Shown here: in pieces, positions 1 to 8,059 of the stretch | Layout: each line of letters begins with the position of its first letter | How positions within the stretch are numbered: position 1 is the stretch's first letter | From: Selaginella moellendorffii | Taxonomy: Eukaryota; Plantae; Lycopodiophyta | Length of the DNA stretch: 9,278 bases | Direction of reading: 5' to 3' | Assembly: GCF_000143415.4 (NCBI RefSeq) | Contig: NW_003314612.1 | Span: 1 to 9,278, forward strand | Made by a program: the position numbers and the translations under genes | Notes under the pieces: generated by a model | Told to the model about the DNA's origin: nothing | Seen by the model: the letters and a program-made list of their open reading frames with translations, nothing else | Database searches by the model: none

Positions 1-310
1 TGATGTCATACAGTGACAAGATCCTGGCATGACACCCATTCCACTACATAGCGATGTAAAAAAACTCGAGCTTCGATACTACTCGGCTGCGCAATGAAAA
101 ACATTCTTCGAAGATTTACGCGTGCTACAATACCACAGTGACATGATCTGACCAGTTTGTGCGAGAAGATCGAGTTTGGTTTGGATACCAACGTGTGCCT
201 GCTGGTCGTAAAGCTTTGACTCGTAGAGGCGTAGCACCACCTCTTTAAGTTAAAAGATGTTTGGGGCCGAGCGAGCGAGCGAGCACATTTCTATCATCCA
301 TCCGTCCACC

Positions 311-2263
311 ATGGGCATGCCGGACGAAAATCAGGTTTGCGATAAAGAGGGAGCTCTCAAACAGTCTCTTTGTTTCTTGTTCTCTCATAGATTGTTTCTG
401 TTCCAGATGGAGGAGGTGCTCGTGGATGCTCACGATAGGGTGCGAGTAATGACCCTCAATCGCCCTCGAGTGCTCAACTCTCTCAATCTCTCCGTTGTAA
501 GAGTTTGCATTTGGATCAAGAAGCCTTTGCGGCATCCTGGTTTTTGTTCTTGAGCTTTCTCTTTCAGGTCTCCCGACTCGCGGAGCTGTTTGAGCAGTGG
601 GAGAGAGATGAGAGTGTGGAGCTTATAATCATCAAGGTGAGCTCCACCTACCATTCTTCTCTTTTTTAATCCCTGTCTCGCAGGCCGCAGGCAAGGTTTT
701 CTCTGCTGGTGGTGACCTGCGCATGTTCTACGATCACAGGAAAGGTTTTGTTCAAGGATTAAGCTTTGGTGATTTTGATTCCCTTGCGTGTCTTTCCCAG
801 ACGAATCGTGGAAGGAAGTCGTGTACAAAAAGTACTGGCTCGACTATCACCTGTACAGCTACAGGAAAACAAGAGTATGTTCACATCACCTTTCTCAAAG
901 CCTAGAAGACTTGGAACTTAGAGACTTTTGTTCTTCACAGGTAGCTATTTGGCACGGACTCGTTGTGGGAGGGGGAGCAGGCTTTACGTTTCCCAGCACG
1001 TTTAGAATCGTCACTGAGAATGCTGTACGTTTTGTGATTGCTATTTGAGAGTATCTAACAGTTTCGCTGCCAGGCATTCTCCACTCCCGAAGTTGCTGTC
1101 GGTTTTCATACTGATTGTAGTGCCTCGTATTTCCTTCCACGACTTCCAGGACATCTGGGTAAAAATCACTCTTTGAGATTTCTTACTTGATCTCAAATTT
1201 AAGTTTTTCAGGAGAATACCTTGCGCTCACAGGCTCGAAACTGGACAGCGCTGATATGCTAGCTTGTGGCATCGCTACGCATTTTGTCCCTTCAAAGGTG
1301 GTTTTCCGTTTTCTGATCTCTTCTTACATTTCAATCAAACTATTGCAGGATGTTCCGGAGCTTGAGAAGACTTTGCTGAATTTACAACCGGAAAGCTCAA
1401 TACAGGAGGCTATCCAGGGATTTGCTAAGACGCCTGAAGCTGGAGCGAGCAGTGTCATGAAAAGGCAAAACTTCTTAATCGTTCAAAGTTTACGTATGAA
1501 CTAACAAGCTTCCAGGCTTTTCCAGGATGACTTGGATAAACAGCTGCTTCTCGAAAGACCGAGTTGAAGAGATAATCGAGTCTCTGGTGAGTCCCTGAGG
1601 CCTTTGCGTTGATTTCTTTCTTGATAAATCCCGCTTGTCAACCGTTTCACTAGGCCAGTACCAATGACGAATGGTGTAAAGAAACTGCACGGTCACTGAG
1701 GCGCCTCTCGCCAATTGCGCTCAAGCAAGCCTTAGCATCGGTTAGAAGAAACTCTCTCGCGCGCGCGCGTACGCAATTTTTGTGCTGATTGTGTTTGGAA
1801 TTGTCAACACAGATCCGGCAAGGCAGGACTCAGAGCTTGAAGAAATGCTTGGAAAGAGAGCAGCGGATTACTCTAAATTGCTTAAGGAGCCTAGTCTCGG
1901 ATGATCTCTACGAAGTAAGTTCTTCGGTTTCCTGGTTCCATAAAAGTTCTTTCTGCTTCTTTCTGATTATGACTAGGGGATTAGAGCTGTGGTTGTGGAT
2001 AAAGATCGCGCTCCAAAGGTTGGTTGTGTTGGCTCTCAAACGTTAAGGTTCAGCCATGTTAATTGGTGAAACTTTTGCAGTGGAATCCATCGACTCTTGC
2101 CGAAGTCACGGATGACATGGTAGAGTTGATCTTGAACACCTACACTGCCAGGGAGCAAATTCAATTGCCTCTGGAAGACGAGGAAAGGTAAACTAACTAA
2201 AATCCCTTTCGTCATCCCTTCAAACCCTTCAATTCAAGGTGGAGTGGCAAATACTCGGCCTAG
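311..2263 (+). CDS. 3-hydroxyisobutyryl-CoA hydrolase-like protein (enoyl-CoA hydratase/crotonase family; resembles the plant HIBCH-like 5 / At1g06550 type), 15 exons, 370 aa
   Basis: Exons 311-334, 407-496, 568-636, 684-744, 801-874, 941-1024, 1074-1158, 1212-1297, 1349-1464, 1526-1586, 1654-1740, 1813-1914, 1977-2018, 2081-2187 and 2239-2263 join in frame (1113 nt) from an ATG in CCACCATGG context to TAG. 13 introns are GT-AG and one is GC-AG, all 47-72 nt. Family motifs: MTLNRPRVLNSL, FSAGGDL, GLVVGGGAG, TPEVAVGFHTD (catalytic Glu/Asp positions), RLPGHLGEYLALTG, GIATHFVPS, CFSKDRVEEIIESL, DLYEGIRAVVVDKDRAPKWNP, C-terminal RWSGKY. The subfamily call is from recalled motifs. Confidence 0.95.
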
Positions 2264-2337
2264 GAGATCCAGGCAAACTCCCGCCATTTTCTTGTTTGAA
2301 TTCAAAATAATCGCGAATATTCATGAGCTTAGAGGCT

Positions 2338-2579
2338 TAGGGTTTTTGCGAGAAGGGGAAGAAACTCTCGGGGACGCGGAACCAGAACCACTTCGATGGG
2401 AGACCAGTACGCATCTCGGCAGTGATCTCCGAGTGGTGGCGGATGTCACTAGCGGCAATTCGTCTTCAGAGTTTGGATGGGTGGTGATCTTCCGCCTAAG
2501 AGCAGAACATGAGTATGACTCGAAGCAGGGTAGAGTTTTTTATTCGCTTACCATTCGCATTCCAAAGAGCGCGATTTAG
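2338..2579 (+). pseudogene. Collapsed relic of gene X (copy X0): N-terminal fragment fused to the last strand of an alpha-crystallin domain
   Basis: 2469-2498 encodes EFGWVVIFRL, versus EFLWMVMLRL in copies X1 and X3. 2516-2570 (DSKQGRVF..LTIRIPKS) aligns at DNA level with 8001-8052 and 6471-6510. A TAGGGTTT motif at 2338-2345 precedes it, as upstream of X3. Confidence 0.65.
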
Positions 2580-2641
2580 TAGCGCATTTATTATACTTAT
2601 CTTGATCGACTTTTAGAGCTCTGCTGCTTGTGCTCCACAAA

Positions 2642-2882
2642 TTAGTCTGTCACGCTCATCATCTGGATTGTTCCGAACATGCCATTGAGGAAGAGCGTAA
2701 TCCTGGTGGAAGGGAGAACTTTAGACAAGCTAGAAGATTAACGAGAAAGAGATGATTTGATGAACACTGAAATGATTCGAACATTGACAGACTTGCGACT
2801 TTCACTCCCCATTGCAGGCCACGATCCTGAAAGATTGAGAAAACAGAGGTCGAAGAGGTTGACAGCTAGGAAAGAGCAGCAA
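2642..2882 (-). pseudogene. Relic of unidentified gene Y
   Basis: The minus strand reads ...ttctag then LSKVLPSTRITLFLNGMFGTIQMMSVTD*. GMFGTI recurs on the minus strand at 8118-8135 with only synonymous differences. 2864-2882 matches 5014-5032 in inverted orientation (18/19). Confidence 0.45.
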
Positions 2883-3037
2883 CCCGGCACCAATATCCTG
2901 GTCGCTCGCCTGCAAAAAGGAAAACACTAGAAGATACCAGCAGGTAGAGATAAGGATTGATTTTTGCGTCCAAAACCTTTCGAAAGAACATTGGAAGCTT
3001 GTGTCAAGGATTTTAGAATTGCTGTAAGACTCTGGCA

Positions 3038-3088
3038 TGCTTTTCCACGATGGATGCTTCTCAAGGAGTGTTGAAGAGATTATCCAGT
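3038..3088 (+). pseudogene. Diverged fragment of hydrolase intron 9 acceptor and exon 10
   Basis: gcttttccacgatg..tgcttctc..gttgaagagattatccagt aligns with 1516-1581 (gcttttccaggatg..tgcttctc..gttgaagagataatcgagt), with deletions and a mutated AG acceptor. Confidence 0.65.
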
Positions 3089-3114
3089 AGCCTGTGCCTT
3101 AATTTCTTGTGCTT

Positions 3115-3860
3115 TCGTTGTGGATTTACGTTTCCCCGCACGTTTAGAATCGTCACCGAGAATGTTATAAGTTTTGTGGTTGCTACTTGAGAGCATCTAA
3201 GAGTCCGAAGTTGCCGTTGGTTTTCATACCGATTGTAGTGCCTCGTATTTCCTCATACCTTGCGCTCACGGGCTCGAGGCTGGCCTATACGGTAGCTTGT
3301 GGCATCGAGCGACGCATTTTGTCCCTTTAAAGGTGGTTTTCCGTTCTCTTATTTCTTCGTACATTTCAATCAAACTATTGCAGGATGTTCCGGAGCTTGA
3401 GAAGACGTTGGTGAATTTCCATGAATACAGGAGGCTATCCTAAGATGCCAGAGGCTGGAGAGAGCATTGTCATGAAAAAGTAAGCTTTTATGGGACTCTA
3501 TGTATGAACTAACAAGCTTCTATGCTTTTCCAGGATTACTGCTTCTCGAAGGACCGCGTTGAAGAGATAATCGAGTCTCTGGTGAGCCTTTGCGTTGATT
3601 TCTTTCTTGTCAACTAGGCCAGTACCAATGAAGAATGGTGTAAAGAAACTGCTCGGTCACTGAGGCACCTCTCGCCACTTGCGCTCAAGCAAACCGGTTA
3701 GTGAAAACTGCGCGTTACGCATAACATTTATGCTGATTTTGTTTGGAATTGCCCACACAGATTCGGCGAGGCATGATGGAGAGCTTGAAGAAATGCTGCG
3801 GATTACTCTAGGAGCCTAGTCTGTTTCTGTGTAGGGAATTAGGCTGTGGTTATGAATAAG
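3115..3860 (+). pseudogene. Unprocessed partial pseudogene of the hydrolase gene (exons 6-13)
   Basis: Colinear with ~960-2003 including intron sequence (e.g. intron 8, acatttcaatcaaactattgcag). It lacks the 5' exons, has the intron 6 donor changed GT>AT, and carries multiple deletions (e.g. ~80 nt spanning intron 7) that break the frame. Confidence 0.93.
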
Positions 3861-3974
3861 AAGCTTCAATGACAGCCCAAACTACTCTTACCTACACAAA
3901 ACCAAAAATCTGAAATGGAAACAGATAGTTACAAAATCCTACGGGGTATAGGGTTCTTTGAAAGACTTCTCAGA

Positions 3975-4735
3975 ATGTTAAAGCGCTTCATCCACAAAGC
4001 AAATGCGAGTAGGAGTAGGAGCAACAGCAGCAAAGGCAAGAAACTCTCTCAGGTGAGAAAAACACTGACAGACAAGGCTGGAGAGTTTCTGTGGATGGTG
4101 ATGCTCCGCCTAAACAACCGTGTCCGCGGCCAAGTCTTTAGGGCGCTAGGCGGCAGTGGGTGGGCCACCGACGCCTTCCAGTCGCATGTCCTGCATCACA
4201 ACCAGCGGCGAATTCCCCCCTGTTGAACAACCACTCGGGCTTGACGACTGCGGCGACTTGTTTCCATCCATGGTCAAAGGATGCAATTCGCCGCTTGCAT
4301 GGAAAGCCACCCCTACATCACCGTACACAGGAAGAAACTTGCCTCATGCACAACTTTTGCCGGAGTGTTGCCTGCTGAGCCGAGAAAGAACTCTTCTCTG
4401 GGGAGCCAAACGTGCACGAGTTGCAGGAGCAAGCGCGTGTGTTTGCCGCTAAAGACCTCTGGTATCTGCAGTCCACGAGTCTCTCTAACCTGGTCTATGA
4501 GTTTTCTCCATCATATGCTTCATCGGTTGTTCCAAAAGCTCTCCTCTCCAGCGATCATTTGAAATTGATGAGGTGTGCCAGGAGCCTCGGGTTGGCGCAG
4601 GAGGTGGCTGCTGCTGGGGGGCTGCCAGAGTTCTCTCAGCACGGAGGCCTTGTTTCTCTCTACAACTTCGAGAAGAAACACGCTTGCCACCTCAAGCACA
4701 ATAAAGGTATGACTTTGATCTGCCTGAGTGCTTGA
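3975..4735 (+). pseudogene. Gene X copy X1, frameshifted exon 1 only
   Basis: Starts MLKRFIHKANAS and is homologous to 6627-7400. The homologous peptide is split across ORFs 3915, 4156, 4160 and 4412 (e.g. a 20-nt deletion near 4200). It ends shortly after the conserved donor aataaag|gtatg at 4707, and the first alpha-crystallin exons are absent. Confidence 0.92.
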
Positions 4736-4823
4736 TTTCCCTCTTGTGATGTCTTCAAACCCTTCCCGTTCTTTAATTGGTTCTTTTAGGAATATATACA
4801 CATCCTGTGTAAGATCTTTCAGC

Positions 4824-4986
4824 CTCAGGTGAGCAAACCCAAGAAGACCTGTCGCGATAGAACGTGATTGTGGACTGTGCAGGGCCGGAACTCATCATTA
4901 AGAGCAGTGACGTCTTCAAGCAAAGGAAGTTTAACCTTCCTTCTAGTGCTGACTTAGAGCGTTTTTCAGTGAACAGCTTGCTTACC
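4824..4986 (+). pseudogene. Collapsed relic of gene X (copy X1b): 5' motif joined to the second alpha-crystallin-domain exon
   Basis: 4824-4839 (ctcaggtgagcaaacc) is identical to 5455-5470. 4849-4986 reads LSR*NVIVDCAGPELIIKSSDVFKQRKFNLPSSADL and aligns with 6367-6510 and 7914-8040. Confidence 0.75.
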
Positions 4987-5013
4987 CCATTTATCGTAGG
5001 ATTCGAGTTGAAC

Positions 5014-5145
5014 TTGCTGCTCCTTCCTAGCTCTCGTTCGATCATCTCAGAATCTCACATATGTTGGGCATGTACTTTCTTGTCAATCTTTTCTAAAGTT
5101 CTTCCAGATTTTTGTCTTATCTTCCAACTCGCTCTTCTGCTGGCA
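5014..5145 (+). pseudogene. Inverted relic of gene Y
   Basis: Blocks ttgctgctccttcctagct, gttcgatcatctcag and ctttcttgtcaatctt..tctaaagttcttcc match the reverse complement of ~2680-2882 in the same order. Both copies encode SKVLP. Confidence 0.5.
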
Positions 5146-5228
5146 CTTTTCTGGATGGCGGTTGTCACAAGGTTCTACCTTGGGAAGCCTCAATATATGC
5201 CAATTACCTGCGGCGAAACAGGGGAGTC

Positions 5229-5255
5229 TGGAAGGGGGAGCGGACTTTACGTTTC
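5229..5255 (+). pseudogene. Small relic of hydrolase exon 6
   Basis: tggaagggggagcggactttacgtttc matches 966-992 at 24/27 positions. Confidence 0.6.
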
Positions 5256-5417
5256 TCCGGGGTAAAGTATTGAGTGTTCTGGGCACCGTTTGGCTTTCTC
5301 TGCTGAGAAAAACCTACATTGCTTTTAGTTTTATTGGTTTTGATCAAACTGATCTCAATTGAACTCCCGCCATATTTTATTGGGGTTTAGGTTCTTGCGC
5401 TAAGACGGATGAGCATA

Positions 5418-6512
5418 AGTAGGAGTAGGAGCGGCAGCAAAGCCAAGAAGCTCTCTCAGGTGAGCAAACCACCAACGGACGATGCCTAACAATATGGAGA
5501 GTTTGTGATGCTCGCTTCCAGGGGCATCTCCTGGATCACCGAAATCATGAGCGGCGAATTCCCTGGGAAACCACTCGGGTTTGACGACATAGGCGACTAC
5601 GGTTGCCCGTATCCAGACATGATCAGGAAGAAACTCGCCTCGTGCACGACTTTTGCCGGAGTGCTGCCTGCCGAGCCGAGAAGGAAGTCTTCTCCAAACG
5701 TGCACGAGTTGCAGGAGCACACTCTTACCAACTGCTGCTAAACTGCCACAAGCTCGTTGATAAAGGTATGGCTTTGATTCTCCCTGGAGTTTTTTATTTC
5801 TTTTTCTCTGTGGCTTGCAGGATATGACGAGCGCAAGCTATTTTGGTCGTTCTTAGAGAACCAGCAGTTCTACACTGTTGACGTGCAAGTGCCCGGTAAG
5901 TAATGATTTACAGGTGTTATTATCTTATTTCTTTTTCCTTGTGTGCGACAGGTCTCACATCGCTGGATCAACTGCGTGTTGCGAAAGATGGAAAGGGTGT
6001 GCGTGTTTCCATGGAGAAGGACGTGTCCTGGCACAAGAAGCTTGCCATTCCTCCTTACGCTGATGTCGATGGTGCAATAGTTAATCTCCAAGATGAGATT
6101 CTCACCATTTGCTTTCCCAAGGGGGACCCTGTGCCCAAAGAGACAGTTCTGACAATTGACCAAAGAGACAGTGCCAATTGAGGACCTCGACGAGGCCGAG
6201 CTAAACAAGGGTATTGATATTATATTTGTAGCCAAGAACAAACGTCTCAAGGCAACTATTGAAGATGACAAGGATTACCACATTTTTCATGTCGAAGTTC
6301 CAGGTATGCCCCTTGAAACTTTCTAGTTTTCTCAAGAGCTGTTGGTTTGTTTGCGACCGTGTAGGCTTGTCGCGAGAGAAAATATAGTGGGTGCAGGGAA
6401 CGAACTCATCGTTAAAAGCAACGCCAACGTCTTCAAGCAAAGGAAGATTAAGCTTCCCTCTAGTGCCGAGATGAAGCAGACTAGAGCTTTCTTCAGAAAC
6501 GGTTTGCTTGCA
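5418..6512 (+). pseudogene. Gene X copy X2: deleted exon 1, intact first alpha-crystallin exons, frameshifted second alpha-crystallin domain
   Basis: Exon 1 homologue 5418-5765 has several large deletions relative to X3. Exon 5821-5895 and the exon starting at 5952 keep their splice sites and encode YTVDVQVPG|LTSLDQ..EILTICFPK. 6180-6303, intron 6304-6364 and 6365-6512 encode a second, frameshifted domain. Confidence 0.9.
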
Positions 6513-6560
6513 TGCAATGGAAATATGATAGCGCCTTCTTATTTCTTATGGAGTCAGGGC

Positions 6561-6576
6561 TAGGGTTTTAGGGTTT
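6561..6576. promoter_or_regulatory. Two tandem telo-box motifs (TAGGGTTT = reverse complement of AAACCCTA)
   Basis: TAGGGTTT at 6561-6568 and 6569-6576, about 50 nt upstream of the X3 ATG. Telo-boxes are established plant promoter/5'UTR elements. Function here is inferred. Confidence 0.45.
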
Positions 6577-6626
6577 TGGAGGAATTCAATTGAGCCGGGC
6601 GTATTCACTCTGCCAAAAACTAAAAA

Positions 6627-7788
6627 ATGCTAAGGCGCTTCATCCACACGGGCAGCAAAGGCTCTCAGGTGAGCAAACTGACGGACAAGGCCTACAAAGA
6701 GTATGGAGAGTTTCTGTGGATGGTGATGCTCCGTCTAGAGAACCGTGTCCTCGGCCAAGTCTGTAGGGCGCTCAACGACTGTGATGCTACCACCGGCTGC
6801 TTCGAGTCGCATCTCTTGCGTCACACGCTTGAGTACAACGAAATCGTGAGCGGCAAATTCCCACCCGTTGAAAAACCACTCGGGTTTGACGACAACGGCG
6901 ACTACCCCTGCCCGTATCCACGCATGATCAAGCTTGTGGACGATGCCTGGGAGGATAACTTCCGCCGCTTCTGTAAAGAGGAACCCATACATCACCGCAC
7001 ACAGGAAGAAACTCGCCTCGTGTACGACTTCTGTAGGAGTGCTGCCTGCCGAGCTGAGAAGGAAGTCTTCTCCGGGGAGCCAAACGTGCACGAGTTGCAG
7101 GAGCAGGCGCGTGTGTTTGCTGCTGATTGTTATCCCAAGCTCCTTGGTCTGCAGTCCACGAACCTCTCCAATCTGATCGAAGAAGTTTCATATACTGTCA
7201 TTCCAGAGGCTTCCTTCTCCAGCAATGACTTGAGGAGGTGTGCCAAAAGCCTCGAGTTGGCACAGGCAGTGGCTGATGCCGGGGGGCTGCCGCAGTTCTC
7301 TCAGCACGAAGGTCTCGTCGCTCTCTACAACTTTGAGAAGAAACACGCATACCAGCTACTGCTAAACTGCTGCAAGCACAATAAAGGTATGGTTCTAATC
7401 ATGCCTGGAGTTTTATTTTCCTTTTTTCTCTGTGGCTAGCAGGATATGACGAGCGGAAGCTCTTGTGGTCGTCCTTCGAGAACCAGCAATTCTACACTGT
7501 CGATGTGCAAGTGCCCGGTAAAGTCATTTGCAGATGTTGTTATTTATTTCTTTTTCTTCCTATCGCACAGGTCTCACTTCACTGGATCAAGTGCGTGTTG
7601 AAACAGATGGACAGAACGTGCGTGTTTCCACGAAGAAAAATGTGTTCCGCCCCAAGAAATTTGTAATTCCTTCTTATGCTGATGTGGAGGGTGCAATAGT
7701 TAATTTCCAGGATGAGATTCTCACCATTCGCCTTCCCAAGGGGGATGCTGTGCTCAAAGAGACACTTCCGACAATGTTGCTGAGTTGA
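6627..7788 (+). CDS. Gene X copy X3: uncharacterised protein with a C-terminal HSP20/alpha-crystallin-like domain, 3 exons, 350 aa
   Basis: Exons 6627-7386, 7443-7517 and 7571-7788 (1053 nt) join in frame through GT-AG phase-1 introns of 56 and 53 nt, both conserved in X2. The C-terminal SFENQQFYTVDVQVPGL..VRVETDGQNVRVS..FVIPSYADVEGAIVNFQDEILTIRLPK fits the alpha-crystallin pattern. It may be a truncated allele of a longer gene. Confidence 0.78.
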
Positions 7789-8052
7789 ACTGATATCATC
7801 ATTAGTCAAGAATAAATTTTTCAAGGCAACTAATGACAAGCATTACCATATTCTTTATGTGGACGTTCTATGTCCTGTGAAACTTTCACGCATTTTCTCA
7901 AAACCTTTTGCTTTAGAGAAAGTAATTGTGGGTTGTGAAGGGCCAGAACCCATCGTTATGACCAGCACCAGCAAAGGAAGCTCAAGATTTCTTCTAGTGT
8001 TGACTTGAAGGATGCTAGAGCCTTTTTCGGGAATGGCTTGCATTCCAAGAGC
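7789..8052 (+). pseudogene. Degenerate second alpha-crystallin domain downstream of the X3 stop
   Basis: Aligns with 6200-6510: KNKFFKATNDKHYHILYVDV, donor lost (gttc[cagg]tatg), then EKVIVGCEGPEPIV..RKLKISSSVDLKDARAFFGNGL. Confidence 0.8.
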
Positions 8053-8059
8053 TCAATGG

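Noticed and set aside
10-148. Imperfect 14-nt direct repeat acagtgaca(a/t)gatc at 10-23 and 135-148
   Set aside because: Only two short copies at the window edge, with no supportable interpretation.
178-199. Minus-strand tggtatccaaacc resembling an LTR primer-binding site
   Set aside because: It matches the tRNA-Met PBS (tggtatcagagc) for only 7 nt, and no LTR or gag sequence is evident.
257-310. Upstream in-frame ATG at 257 as the hydrolase start
   Set aside because: The extension runs through a (GAGC)4 microsatellite, and ATG 311 has a strong CCACCATGG context and gives a typical length. It cannot be fully excluded.
6-2046. Short six-frame ORFs over the hydrolase gene as separate genes
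   Set aside because: Plus-strand ORFs are exon/intron read-throughs or alternative frames. Minus-strand ORFs are antisense shadows with no recognisable motifs.
5090-5170. Resemblance of SKVLP..LIFQL to DUF679/DMP membrane proteins
   Set aside because: The similarity is too short and is not supported by the other two Y relics.
6669-6710. cag|gtgagc as a splice donor early in gene X
   Set aside because: Nearby AGs would give an intron shorter than any other here, with no pyrimidine tract, and the frame is open without splicing.
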